A model generated the notes under the pieces. The model searched no databases, was not told the origin of the DNA, and saw nothing but the letters and a program-made list of their open reading frames with translations. A stretch of 64,000 nt of DNA from a virus. The DNA lies in IMG/VR virus record IMGVR_UViG_3300023196_003068, positions 10,409-74,408 of that record; one strand, 5' to 3'. The stretch's first letter is position 1, and each line of letters starts with the position of its first letter. Shown piece by piece: positions 9,706-19,696 of the stretch. The translations under genes were made by a program, and so were the position numbers.

Positions 9706-9922
9706 AATACTAATAGAATACTTACCACCCATATCAGAAAAAGGTATGGAAATAATACAAGAAAACATAAGCCCATCTATGACAAGCTCAGATGGAGAAT
9801 CTAATCAATACGATTTAGATATTGTCCTAAAAGATATAGGACACGAATTACCACACAATGATAAGGAATACCTTGGGGGTATTCATAATGAAGACGTACC
9901 AGTAGAATATATAGAAATGTAA
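9698..9922 (+). CDS. Small acidic hypothetical protein
   Basis: Start likely the ATG at 9698 (MSRILIEY), overlapping the previous stop, rather than 9641. Confidence 0.65.
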   Translation: MSRILIEYLPPISEKGMEIIQENISPSMTSSDGESNQYDLDIVLKDIGHELPHNDKEYLGGIHNEDVPVEYIEM

Positions 9923-9923
9923 T

Positions 9924-10229
9924 ATGAAACTAACAAAGATAAAAGATACCGGAGTATACAATGGCCACAGCAATGGAGCCAAAATACAAGAAATAATTCT
10001 AAAGAATGAAGACAAAGTTAAGTATAAGATATATATTAACTCTGAATCATTTGTTAGACAATCCTATGGAAGATTATCTAAATGGGATGATGAGAAAGGA
10101 TGGAATGTAATAACGACTATTAATCCTAAAACAGATTACAACATTGATATTTCCTATGGAAATGGACATAGAACGGATGCCTTTGAACCTATAATAAAAG
10201 ACTTCAAAGAAATGATTAAACACTTCTAA
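9924..10229 (+). CDS. Hypothetical protein
   Basis: 101 aa, tightly packed. Confidence 0.75.
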   Translation: MKLTKIKDTGVYNGHSNGAKIQEIILKNEDKVKYKIYINSESFVRQSYGRLSKWDDEKGWNVITTINPKTDYNIDISYGNGHRTDAFEPIIKDFKEMIKHF

Positions 10230-10231
10230 CT

Positions 10232-10417
10232 ATGAAAAAAACTTTAACATATAGAGTTACGTATTACGACAACCAAGGAAATATAAGTCTATGGGGATAC
10301 CATACAGATGAAGGTTTTAAAAAATCTATTGAAAAACATAATCAAGATTTTAAAAAAGGTGAAGATACACTTCTTACAAAAGATGATTTTGAATTTGAAC
10401 CTTTTACAATAGACTAA
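10232..10417 (+). CDS. Small hypothetical protein
   Basis: 61 aa, tightly packed. Confidence 0.7.
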   Translation: MKKTLTYRVTYYDNQGNISLWGYHTDEGFKKSIEKHNQDFKKGEDTLLTKDDFEFEPFTID

Positions 10418-10419
10418 CT

Positions 10420-10578
10420 ATGAAAGAAGCCAATTGTGTAATATGTAGAAAGAAAATAGAAGGTATCGGAAACAACGCAATGCCCTTTAAAAGGGGCGTG
10501 TGTTGTGATAAATGCAACCTTACCAAGGTCATACCTAAAAGAATGGAACAAACAAAGATTACTATCATCAAACCATAA
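10420..10578 (+). CDS. Small Cys-rich putative Zn-binding protein (52 aa, not in ORF track)
   Basis: MKEANCVICRKKIEGIGNNAMPFKRGVCCDKCNLTKVIPKR...: CxxC...GNN.P...CCDxCN pattern. Confidence 0.72.
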   Translation: MKEANCVICRKKIEGIGNNAMPFKRGVCCDKCNLTKVIPKRMEQTKITIIKP

Positions 10579-10582
10579 CAAC

Positions 10583-11176
10583 ATGAAAAACAAAATCCAA
10601 CAAGTAACACAGCAAGAGTATCAATTATTAGAAATAAAAGCAGCATCTGAATTAGAGTTAGACCTCAAAAACATCAAATACTTTGCAGGACACGATGGAA
10701 TGCAAGGAATTAATGCTGACCTATACCATCAGGGTAAAAAGTTTGCTCACGCTTATGACGATGCATATGGAGGAGAAATGGACATATCTCCAATAGACAG
10801 AGAATCGCGTTCAGTCATAGATTTAATAAATGCCAAACTAAATGGATATCCAGAGTATGAGTATATATTTGAACAAAGTAATGGAAAACCAGTTGGCGGT
10901 GATCCATTTACTATGAATTCTAAAATATCCTTACGCGGAATCGTAGATGCTCTTGCTTACAAAAAAGCAAAAGATAAGACAGACAGAAAAGGTATTGTAT
11001 ATCTAGAAAAAAATGAAGAATATACTATATCCTGGGGATCCAGCCTTAAAAAGTTCATTCAGAAATATCCCACAAAATCAATTCCAACGATACAAAAAAA
11101 GTATGATGATTTAAAGTCAAAAAATCATACTATTTTAAATACAGAGTATCTAGCTGAAATAGGAATTAAAATATGA
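10583..11176 (+). CDS. Hypothetical protein
   Basis: Start likely the ATG at 10583 (MKNKIQQ); contains LKNIK...ADLY...DDAYGG. Confidence 0.7.
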   Translation: MKNKIQQVTQQEYQLLEIKAASELELDLKNIKYFAGHDGMQGINADLYHQGKKFAHAYDDAYGGEMDISPIDRESRSVIDLINAKLNGYPEYEYIFEQSNGKPVGGDPFTMNSKISLRGIVDALAYKKAKDKTDRKGIVYLEKNEEYTISWGSSLKKFIQKYPTKSIPTIQKKYDDLKSKNHTILNTEYLAEIGIKI

Positions 11177-11376
11177 CAAGCGAAGAATTTATGAAGAAAG
11201 TCCTCATGGAGTGTAATAAACGTTCCATGATGACTTATTCATTTAAAGACAAAGAATATAGCAAGTTTAGAAATTGGTTCTTTAGATATGCAAAAAAACA
11301 TATGGGCTGGAATAAATGGAAGGCCCGAACAGAGTTTGAACAATTTGCGAAAGCATTTAAAATAACTATTAAATGA
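11173..11376 (+). CDS. Small basic hypothetical protein
   Basis: 67 aa, ATGA overlaps on both sides. Confidence 0.7.
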   Translation: MTSEEFMKKVLMECNKRSMMTYSFKDKEYSKFRNWFFRYAKKHMGWNKWKARTEFEQFAKAFKITIK

Positions 11377-11672
11377 AGCTTATAGAGTTTTTAACAGAAG
11401 ATGAGATACATATAATCAATCATCAGATACTTGAAGGAGAATCAATGCGGCACATTAGTAATGCATATCCAAAACTTACTGAAATAAAACGAGCTGTATT
11501 GTGGAATCATATGCGATTAATAAGATTCCCTCCACCAACAAAAATACTTGGTTATAAAAACGAACCATATCAAGATGAGGACCAAATTGGCAAAATGCCA
11601 AAATATACTTGGGAGTCATTATCTAAAGAAGAAAAAGAATTTTATTATATAAACCCCCAAACAAAATGGTAG
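11373..11672 (+). CDS. Hypothetical protein
   Basis: 99 aa, overlapping neighbours. Confidence 0.7.
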   Translation: MKLIEFLTEDEIHIINHQILEGESMRHISNAYPKLTEIKRAVLWNHMRLIRFPPPTKILGYKNEPYQDEDQIGKMPKYTWESLSKEEKEFYYINPQTKW

Positions 11673-12124
11673 GAAAACAAATAAGTAAAACACATTTAGA
11701 ATATGTAGGCGGAAATTCATTCAAAGAATACAATGTTATAGTGACAAAGACCTCTAAAATTAATGGCCACTTCTATTATAACGTATATGGGCTTTATGGC
11801 CGTATTGGAAACAACTTAGTTGAAGTTGAAAAAGCATCCGGTGTGAATAATTTACACGCACTAAGAGTTGCAGATGATCTTGTAAATTCTAAAACAAAGA
11901 AGGGATATTCTATTATAACAGAAGATTCTGTGTCTAAATTCGATAAGGACTATGTTGAAGAATTAACACAAAGAGCTGCAACATTAACTGCTGAAGGACA
12001 ACTTGAGAGAAATCACTATTCAAACCTTAAATCAATGCTTACTTCACCAGACGAAGAAACATTAATAATGGCAGAAAAGATAATCATTGAAAACGAAGAG
12101 AATACTGTCGCTAACTCTAATTAA
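11666..12124 (+). CDS. Stand-alone WGR-domain protein
   Basis: SFKEY...YGRIG...LVNSKTKKGY aligns with the WGR domain of the ligase at 7698. Confidence 0.75.
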   Translation: MVGKQISKTHLEYVGGNSFKEYNVIVTKTSKINGHFYYNVYGLYGRIGNNLVEVEKASGVNNLHALRVADDLVNSKTKKGYSIITEDSVSKFDKDYVEELTQRAATLTAEGQLERNHYSNLKSMLTSPDEETLIMAEKIIIENEENTVANSN

Positions 12125-12130
12125 CATATT

Positions 12131-12688
12131 ATGACTAAATCCAAAATACTAGAAGAATTCACAAAGCACAGGCACGATCATAAAAGCTATGTGTTTTTAT
12201 ATCCCTTACTACAATTACCAAAAACAATTCTCAAACCTCTAAATACATTTCTATACTTAAATAAAAAGGAAGTGTATAAATATAAATATCTATTTGCATT
12301 ATATCACGAATCATTAGAAAAGATAGAAGAAGCTATGCATATTATAGAGGACAATAACTTTTTTGATTTTAAACTAACAGATAGAGATGGTTATATTATA
12401 GTTGTATTTATGCTAGAAAACCACTCTATCTATTTTGACAAAATCATGAAAGGAGAATATTCAAAATTAGAGCCTCTTGAAAAGTTATTATTAAATCAAG
12501 CGGGACACCCAATAGCGGCAATAGGTACAAACCCACAACACTTCTATAGGGATTATGCAGACGATATGGACATATCCGAAAGCGACATAGCAGAAGGGGC
12601 TAACTTAATAAACCCTCCTAATATGACTACTGAAATTTTACAAGTAGATAAAAAAGTAATGTCTGACTTTTATAAATACACTAATTAG
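12131..12688 (+). CDS. Hypothetical protein, last gene of the + strand module
   Basis: 185 aa (KSYVFLYPLL, GEYSKL); its stop overlaps the stop of the convergent gene. Confidence 0.75.
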   Translation: MTKSKILEEFTKHRHDHKSYVFLYPLLQLPKTILKPLNTFLYLNKKEVYKYKYLFALYHESLEKIEEAMHIIEDNNFFDFKLTDRDGYIIVVFMLENHSIYFDKIMKGEYSKLEPLEKLLLNQAGHPIAAIGTNPQHFYRDYADDMDISESDIAEGANLINPPNMTTEILQVDKKVMSDFYKYTN

Positions 12689-15600
12689 TATGGGAAGGCT
12701 TGTTCGCTTTCAATTCCATCTGCTGGAGATATTAAATTTCCATTATAACCAAGCAGCTTACTAAGAATAGCATGCGTCCATTTCGTCTCCTCAGATTGCT
12801 GAAAGGTATAGGGACCGGCATTTTGTTTAATCTCGGTATCCTTACCTTCAGCCATCTCTTTCATAAGTTGAATAATCAACATTATATCTTTATAAGCCCC
12901 CTCTTGTGCTGCATTTTTCATCATTAACATATCGCCCATCAGCATAAACCCACGAAAAGGATTAAATGTTTTATTTTCTCTTTCCACCCTTAGACTCAAT
13001 CTTAAAAATTGAAGTTTCCAATAATCTGTCCAGTCCATATCTGCCCAGGGATGAGCATCTGCTCTACGAGCATCTGCTATCCAGGGAAGATTTGGCAAAG
13101 ATGTTGTATTTTTTAAATCCATTATCATACCATCTCTATCTTGTCCTTCCACTAATTCACCATCTAAATTATAATAATTATAAGTAAAAGCTCTATCGTC
13201 ATCATCATCATTAAACCTTAACCATAAATGAAACTGATCAATAAGCATATTTACAATACTTGCCATTACAACCTGCATAACAGCAGTTTTACGCCCTTGA
13301 TTTCTCCAAATAGAAGTCAAACGAGAACCTGTAACATTTCCTTGAGATATATCTTTAAGACCAAAAAGCAAATCCCTACCGGCTAAAGCCGCCTCAATAA
13401 ATTGACCATATTCTGCTGTTTGAGTATACCAATCAAATCTTCTCTGAAACCTATCCCTCTTACTTGTTTGTTGAGATCTAGTTCTAACTTGATAACGATC
13501 TAGAGTCATACCCGGAAGAAATCGCATTACAGCAAACGCTGCTTTACCCGTTAAAGTTCTATTAACAAACTCAGATTCAGCAGACAGACCAGCAATACCT
13601 GTTGTTTTCTTAAGATAACCTTTATGATGTTTAATAATCTGCTGTATTTTTTTACCTAATACAACACGCCCTTCTTTATCATAGGTAATAGAATATTCTT
13701 CTGGAACTCCAGCCTTTGTTTGTATCACACCATCAACAAGTTCTATAGCATTATCTAGCGTAGTAAACCTATCAGAGCCCTCCATCTTAAAACGATATTT
13801 CTTATTATCAAGAAGAGCATACATAGCAGTATAGTTTGCTTCATTCTGTAGATAAGCCCTTATGCCAAATCCTACACGAAGCGTTACCACATCTATGACA
13901 GATGTACGAGATCCACGCTCTCCAACACTTTGAGCAAGTCTATCAGGACTTGCATCCATAATATCTAAAAATTGCAAGGTAATAGGTTTTGCAGAAGCTT
14001 TATATTGTTGATAAGTAACTACACCAATAGCCCTCTTAGCCTTTAACTTTCCAACTAAAAGATTTTTAGCATTAAAATGACGAGTATCTGTAATTTTATA
14101 AAGAAATTGAATATTAGCACTCAAATAGTTTGTTACATCAGACATCCAATTAAACATAAACCACTTCCTACTTGAGAGTTTCATGAATTTACTAAGAATA
14201 ACAGCTCTAGCTTTTCTAGATGAATCTTTCTCCCATCGAGATGACAATCTAAGACCTGAAAAATATTGTTCCAAAATATTTCCTACAGCAAATGCCCTGT
14301 TAGATATTGTATTATCTCTACTCATTTGTTGTAATGTTTTCGTTCTATTCTTAATTCTAGCAACAGTTGGATCTTGAATTTGATCCTTTACTATCTGATT
14401 AAGAGATTGTGCCAATGAATTTATCTCACCAAGAGATTTAAAAATCTCTACCGAATGTTGATACTTACCTATACTACTAATGATATCAGTACTAACTTCA
14501 TTGACATCAATATCATACATACCGGTAATTGGTCTTGTTAAGGTCTGCATTTGTGCATTGGGAACTTTCAATCCTTGAGCCAAATGATTATAACCATACT
14601 CAACATCATCCCTTTGAATTCTCCAAATATTTCGAATAGACTCAATTAGTCTATTTGTACCAATGCCCCTTAAAATTTTGCTAGACGTGGAATCACCCTT
14701 AGCATATCTATTATAAACAGCACCAATACCAATACCCTCTACAAATTTCTTACGAGTTCTAGGGAAATGCAATCCTAATTTTTGAGAATTAGAAAGATTT
14801 GCTTGATTATCCAGATGATGGTTCTTTACATACTGTAATAAATCCCATTTAACACGATTCTTTTCAAACAAATCAAAATACTCCTGATTTATGAATCTAT
14901 CATCCTTTGCTCCATTCTCTACAGTTTTAGGCAACCACTCCCCTTTATTATTTATAGTCGCCACAACAAGTTTACCGTTATCATCTACATAATCTCGTTC
15001 TATTTTTTTAGTAAGAAACTCATCTTTTACTTTTCGGACTTGATAATTTGAATTAGGAACCCTAGGTACACCATCAAATTCTAATAACCCAGTAACATTT
15101 CCGTCTGAATCCTTTAAAGGGAAGGCTTTGTAAAAATTATCATCAGTTGGACGTGTATATTGCCAAATAGAAGTTTTCATATAAATAATGGTTGGCTTTC
15201 CCTTATCTATAGTACGCTCTGCTTCGTAATGGTTATCGTCAAACCATTGTTTAAACATACTATTTTCTTCTCTAATTATATCAAGCGTACCTCTAAAACC
15301 ATCATCTGATAATATAGACTCAAATATATCATCACTTACAATATCTCCACTCTCCCTATCGATATTATATCTCTGATACACCTCATTATCAAACATCTTT
15401 TTAGTTTTATCATTGGAATCTATGATTTCTAAAAACCTATCTCTATAGAATCCAGTAGAAAAACTTCTTGCCAGTCTACCTAACAAGGTATCAATTTCTT
15501 GAAGTCGAGCGGCAGACGCTTCACTAATGCCAAGAGATGTTAATCCTTTAGCTAACTGCCTAACAAAGTATTTATGCGCTAAAGCATCCTCATTATTTTT

Positions 15601-18585
15601 ATGTTTCCCATGCTTATCATAATAAGAACTAAGATATGCTAACTCGCTGAGTTGATTTTTTGTTAAGCCTAACTTTGTATATAGCTCACCCCTTGCTTCT
15701 TCAATTTTTTCATGAAGATTTCTAATCTTTATTTGAACATCCCTAGTAAGAGTATTACCATTAGAATGGCCCATCGACGTTCTTGCAGGTTTAGATAACT
15801 CATATATCTCCTCATACAAGGGAGTAAGATCGGTTATCTCTATATTCTTTTGTGTAAGCGGTTCAAGAATTTCTGAGCGTTCATCAAGTAGTTGCTTACG
15901 TTCATCATACCATTTATCATCAACCTGTACTATAGTATTATGCTCAATCCACGTATCTATTGCATTTTGAAAAGCCTCTGTTCCTGGAGAAAGCTTAGGA
16001 TTTTTTTCAAGAGATGCAATCATATTATCATAAGCATCTTGAAACTTTTCATCATTTGTTGTAGATTCATAAAATGGACGTTGTTTTTCACGAAACTCAC
16101 GCAGCCTCTCTGCTATAGCAAGGGCTTCTCCTGTTTTTTTATTTCCTAACTCATCCGTTAAGCTAAATAAATACTCATACTCCCTCCATTTTTCCTGAAG
16201 AGCTTCAGCATTTTCGACATTTATATGGGCATCAAGAGCAACATCGGCTAACTCATCAGCTTCTTCATAAAACTTATCCAAAGCCATACGTGCTTTTATA
16301 CCAATATCATCTCTAAATAGTTTCCTAACCTCATATACTTCAGAAACATTAGTTTGGTTCATGAAGTCTGTCTTAAAATCTTCAAGCTTTCCTCTGGCAA
16401 TGATATATTCTCTGTGGTTTTTTACCTTCGGATTTCTCCTATATTCTTCCTTAGCGTTGTTAACTTCTTGTTTCAACAACTTTTCTGTATAATGATGGCT
16501 ATCTTGACTCTTTTTGCCATTAAAAGCATTTTGAAATTCCCAAACTTCAAAATTTTCTACCTCTCCTTTATCATTCTCTCTTCCATAATCTGTAACTTGA
16601 CCTAACGCTCTTCCTAAATTCCCCTGGCCTACCCATCGTTTAAAATTCCAACCAGTAGCTCTGAAGTGTTCTTTCAAACCATCAAGAAACTCCGCTTCAT
16701 TCTTATTGATATTAGCATTGGCCTCATTTAACTTATTCTCTAGAAATGAGAAAAAACTACCCACTATTTTATCCTGAGAATTATTATACCCTTCATAATA
16801 TACATTAACCCAGCTAGGATCTAAGGCCCCTTCCACGAGTATTCTTTTAAAATCCTCTATGTTAGGCTTAAACGCCTCCAGGGCCATGTTAGAAAGTTCT
16901 ATAAGCTCATTCTCTTCGGGTGTGGATAATTTCTCATCAACTTTTGATAACCTATTTTGTTTACGCTCAAGTACATCTTTACGATTAAGCTCATCAACAG
17001 TTAAGCCATAATATTCTTTATGCATCTGATTGTATTCAGCGTAATTAGACTCCTTTAACCTTTCTAATTCATCTAAATACATCTTATCGGCATTTCCCTG
17101 AGCTTCAATCATTTGAGAATAAAGTACATCAGCCACACCATCAATACGCATAACATCAACCTTCTTCTTAAGAGCATAAATCTTACTCTTTAAGTCAGAT
17201 AAAAATTCACGTAAGCTACCTTTACCTTCAGGTAAAATCCCTTTTGTTTCTTCAGCAATTAAGTTATCGATATAGTTATACCACTGGTCTACATACTGAG
17301 CAATCCCAAACATTGTATCAATACTAGCAGGATCTATAAGTTTTGTTTTAGGAAGAGAATCTATCTTAGCACCAAAAGCATCCATTACAGTATCCACTTC
17401 TGTTATTGTATTAACAAACATTTGGATTCGCTTTGAAACAATAGAAGCCGCATCTCCATTATTAAGTGCTGCAACATACTCGTCGGTAAGCCTATCCATC
17501 CTTGGTATTGCTTTACGGTCATTAGTATCTGAAGCAAATTTCTCAGCAGCTTGCCTCATTTTTTGTAGAATACCGGTATTATCTTCAGTAACAAGACCTT
17601 CTGCAAATCTCTCATAAATAGTCCCCTCCCTCATGTTGGCAACCTGAGATTTAATAACAGTATTAAGATCATCCATAATATCTTGAGCCTTTGAACGAGA
17701 CTCTTTATTCTGGGCATCCATCATCTTAGTAAACTCCTTTTGAAGCATGATAACATCATCCTTCTTTAAAAGCTCTACATTTAACTTAAAATTCTCACCC
17801 TGATTAAGCATATCAACAAAATCATGTAATGATGTATCCCCGGATAGCTTTGCTACATTAACAGACCTACCAAATTTCTTACGTAAAAATTGTCTGATAT
17901 TGTATATTAATTTATCAAACCAGCTCTTACTTTTAGTTAAAGACTTATCGTTTATATGAGTTAATGCTCTAACAATAGCCTCTTCCATAAAAAGATTATG
18001 ATCCTCAACCTTCCCATAGTAAGAATCCTTCTTAAGTTCTTCAACAATAATATTCCCAAAATCTTCTTTAAGGAGATCGGTATATAATTTTTGCATCAGC
18101 TTTGGATTGCTTTTAGAGAGAGCCTTTATTATAGGATGGGAAAATTCATGGAAAATAGTTTCCGGAGTAAACTCCCCTTCAGTAAAATAAACGGTTCCTG
18201 CTTGATAAAATCCTTTAACATCTATAGAACTATTTCTTAAATCCTTAGACTCTTTTGCAGATACAATTCTATAATCAATCCCTAATTGATTTGAAAAAGC
18301 CTCCATTGCGGACATACTCTCCTTAGTATTCCTTTGAATAATTATCTTTTCAAGATCCCTAATAATGTCCTCCTCTGTTACTTTAGGAACATCTTGAGCA
18401 GTATCCAGGATTTTTGGAATATCTACATCCATAAATCGATCATTGATTTTTTTCAACACAACGCTTGGTGGACGAACCACTCCGTCTTGTTCAAAATAAT
18501 CACGTTCAGCCTCCCTTTCTCCTACAACAGAAGACAGCTTTTTAAATCTATCCTGGTCTACTTTATTTATAATGCAAATTCCCAT
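12685..18585 (-). CDS. Large virion cargo protein with N-terminal zincin-like metallopeptidase domain
   Basis: 1966 aa; KGFY...TIFHEFSHP...MEEAIV (HExxH at 18136-18150); mostly helical; in the RNAP cargo operon; only Cys is C4. Confidence 0.75.
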   Translation of the reverse strand: MGICIINKVDQDRFKKLSSVVGEREAERDYFEQDGVVRPPSVVLKKINDRFMDVDIPKILDTAQDVPKVTEEDIIRDLEKIIIQRNTKESMSAMEAFSNQLGIDYRIVSAKESKDLRNSSIDVKGFYQAGTVYFTEGEFTPETIFHEFSHPIIKALSKSNPKLMQKLYTDLLKEDFGNIIVEELKKDSYYGKVEDHNLFMEEAIVRALTHINDKSLTKSKSWFDKLIYNIRQFLRKKFGRSVNVAKLSGDTSLHDFVDMLNQGENFKLNVELLKKDDVIMLQKEFTKMMDAQNKESRSKAQDIMDDLNTVIKSQVANMREGTIYERFAEGLVTEDNTGILQKMRQAAEKFASDTNDRKAIPRMDRLTDEYVAALNNGDAASIVSKRIQMFVNTITEVDTVMDAFGAKIDSLPKTKLIDPASIDTMFGIAQYVDQWYNYIDNLIAEETKGILPEGKGSLREFLSDLKSKIYALKKKVDVMRIDGVADVLYSQMIEAQGNADKMYLDELERLKESNYAEYNQMHKEYYGLTVDELNRKDVLERKQNRLSKVDEKLSTPEENELIELSNMALEAFKPNIEDFKRILVEGALDPSWVNVYYEGYNNSQDKIVGSFFSFLENKLNEANANINKNEAEFLDGLKEHFRATGWNFKRWVGQGNLGRALGQVTDYGRENDKGEVENFEVWEFQNAFNGKKSQDSHHYTEKLLKQEVNNAKEEYRRNPKVKNHREYIIARGKLEDFKTDFMNQTNVSEVYEVRKLFRDDIGIKARMALDKFYEEADELADVALDAHINVENAEALQEKWREYEYLFSLTDELGNKKTGEALAIAERLREFREKQRPFYESTTNDEKFQDAYDNMIASLEKNPKLSPGTEAFQNAIDTWIEHNTIVQVDDKWYDERKQLLDERSEILEPLTQKNIEITDLTPLYEEIYELSKPARTSMGHSNGNTLTRDVQIKIRNLHEKIEEARGELYTKLGLTKNQLSELAYLSSYYDKHGKHKNNEDALAHKYFVRQLAKGLTSLGISEASAARLQEIDTLLGRLARSFSTGFYRDRFLEIIDSNDKTKKMFDNEVYQRYNIDRESGDIVSDDIFESILSDDGFRGTLDIIREENSMFKQWFDDNHYEAERTIDKGKPTIIYMKTSIWQYTRPTDDNFYKAFPLKDSDGNVTGLLEFDGVPRVPNSNYQVRKVKDEFLTKKIERDYVDDNGKLVVATINNKGEWLPKTVENGAKDDRFINQEYFDLFEKNRVKWDLLQYVKNHHLDNQANLSNSQKLGLHFPRTRKKFVEGIGIGAVYNRYAKGDSTSSKILRGIGTNRLIESIRNIWRIQRDDVEYGYNHLAQGLKVPNAQMQTLTRPITGMYDIDVNEVSTDIISSIGKYQHSVEIFKSLGEINSLAQSLNQIVKDQIQDPTVARIKNRTKTLQQMSRDNTISNRAFAVGNILEQYFSGLRLSSRWEKDSSRKARAVILSKFMKLSSRKWFMFNWMSDVTNYLSANIQFLYKITDTRHFNAKNLLVGKLKAKRAIGVVTYQQYKASAKPITLQFLDIMDASPDRLAQSVGERGSRTSVIDVVTLRVGFGIRAYLQNEANYTAMYALLDNKKYRFKMEGSDRFTTLDNAIELVDGVIQTKAGVPEEYSITYDKEGRVVLGKKIQQIIKHHKGYLKKTTGIAGLSAESEFVNRTLTGKAAFAVMRFLPGMTLDRYQVRTRSQQTSKRDRFQRRFDWYTQTAEYGQFIEAALAGRDLLFGLKDISQGNVTGSRLTSIWRNQGRKTAVMQVVMASIVNMLIDQFHLWLRFNDDDDDRAFTYNYYNLDGELVEGQDRDGMIMDLKNTTSLPNLPWIADARRADAHPWADMDWTDYWKLQFLRLSLRVERENKTFNPFRGFMLMGDMLMMKNAAQEGAYKDIMLIIQLMKEMAEGKDTEIKQNAGPYTFQQSEETKWTHAILSKLLGYNGNLISPADGIESEQAFPY

Positions 18586-18586
18586 A

Positions 18587-19693
18587 CTAACAATCTTTTC
18601 TTTTGCGTTTAATTCTACTTAAATCCTTGTCATTAATGTCCTGGCTTAAATCTTTTGATGGATCGTGTGGCCACTCTGTAGCTGTGTCTTGCTTTTCTGC
18701 GGTTGATTTATAGTTGTCTGGATTAGAGATATCATTCTTAGCAAAAGCCTCTTTTTCGAATTTTCTCACACCATCCACTATTAAACGTTGAGCTTCTGAT
18801 ACTAAATTACTCCCCTCAATTGTTTTGAGTAACTCATCAAGCCTCCCTCTGATACCTCTTACATTCTCTATACGGTCTGAGACTGTCTTGTCTTCTTCCT
18901 TTAGTGCTGCGTATTCTTTTTCTTGTTTTGAGAGTTCTCGACTGGTAGACTTTTTGTGTTGGTCTTTTTGGATGCCGCTCATATCTCTAACACGCTCAAT
19001 GTTTTCTATTAAATAGTCTATTGTGTTGTTATGAACTTCATCAATAGGACTGCGCAACTTATTTAACTCCTCTATCAATGTCCCATTACGAATGCTTATC
19101 GAATTAACAATAATATCAAAATCAAGAAGCTTCCTATATAGCTTAACATCTGGTCTGTGGGGTTTTTCTTCTGCTTTTTGAGATTCTCCACTCCTAACTA
19201 TAGCTCTAGAAGGGTGAACACTCTGCTCAATCTCCCATTCATTCTTATAGTAGTCAGCATCAGATTGATAATCTCGTTTTTCTTGATCCAGCAATGCGGT
19301 ATCGCCTTTAAAAAAAGCAATGTCTCTTTTGAAATCATCAAACTCATCATTTACTTCTTCAAGATCCTTATCGCCATACTTAACCCTCCAGGCTTGCACT
19401 AGGATATTCGGAGTAGAAATAGTAACCTCAATTGAATCAACCAATGTATTATTAATGGAAGTCCATCCTTGAGCAAACTTCGGCCCATACATGGCTCCCA
19501 TTTTTTTAGAAACCCTTTCTGCATTCTTATTAGCAATATGCCATAATTTAGATTTATCAAACTTATGACTAACCGGCATCAATATTACACCAGGCTTAAT
19601 TTCACGAAAGGATGTAGACTTCCCCTTAAATGCCTGAATTGCATTATATGTACTTTGTTCTACTCTCTCGTCTAAACTACAATCGTTAGCCAT
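18587..19693 (-). CDS. Putative cargo/linker protein
   Basis: 368 aa between giant cargo genes; only Cys are C5 and the terminal C368. Confidence 0.7.
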   Translation of the reverse strand: MANDCSLDERVEQSTYNAIQAFKGKSTSFREIKPGVILMPVSHKFDKSKLWHIANKNAERVSKKMGAMYGPKFAQGWTSINNTLVDSIEVTISTPNILVQAWRVKYGDKDLEEVNDEFDDFKRDIAFFKGDTALLDQEKRDYQSDADYYKNEWEIEQSVHPSRAIVRSGESQKAEEKPHRPDVKLYRKLLDFDIIVNSISIRNGTLIEELNKLRSPIDEVHNNTIDYLIENIERVRDMSGIQKDQHKKSTSRELSKQEKEYAALKEEDKTVSDRIENVRGIRGRLDELLKTIEGSNLVSEAQRLIVDGVRKFEKEAFAKNDISNPDNYKSTAEKQDTATEWPHDPSKDLSQDINDKDLSRIKRKRKDC

Positions 19694-19696
19694 AAT

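Noticed and set aside
8710-10582. ORF-track starts at 8710, 9641 and 10505
   Set aside because: Each overlaps an upstream gene extensively; downstream ATGs at 8761, 9698 and 10583 give normal packing and leave room for the small Cys-motif genes.
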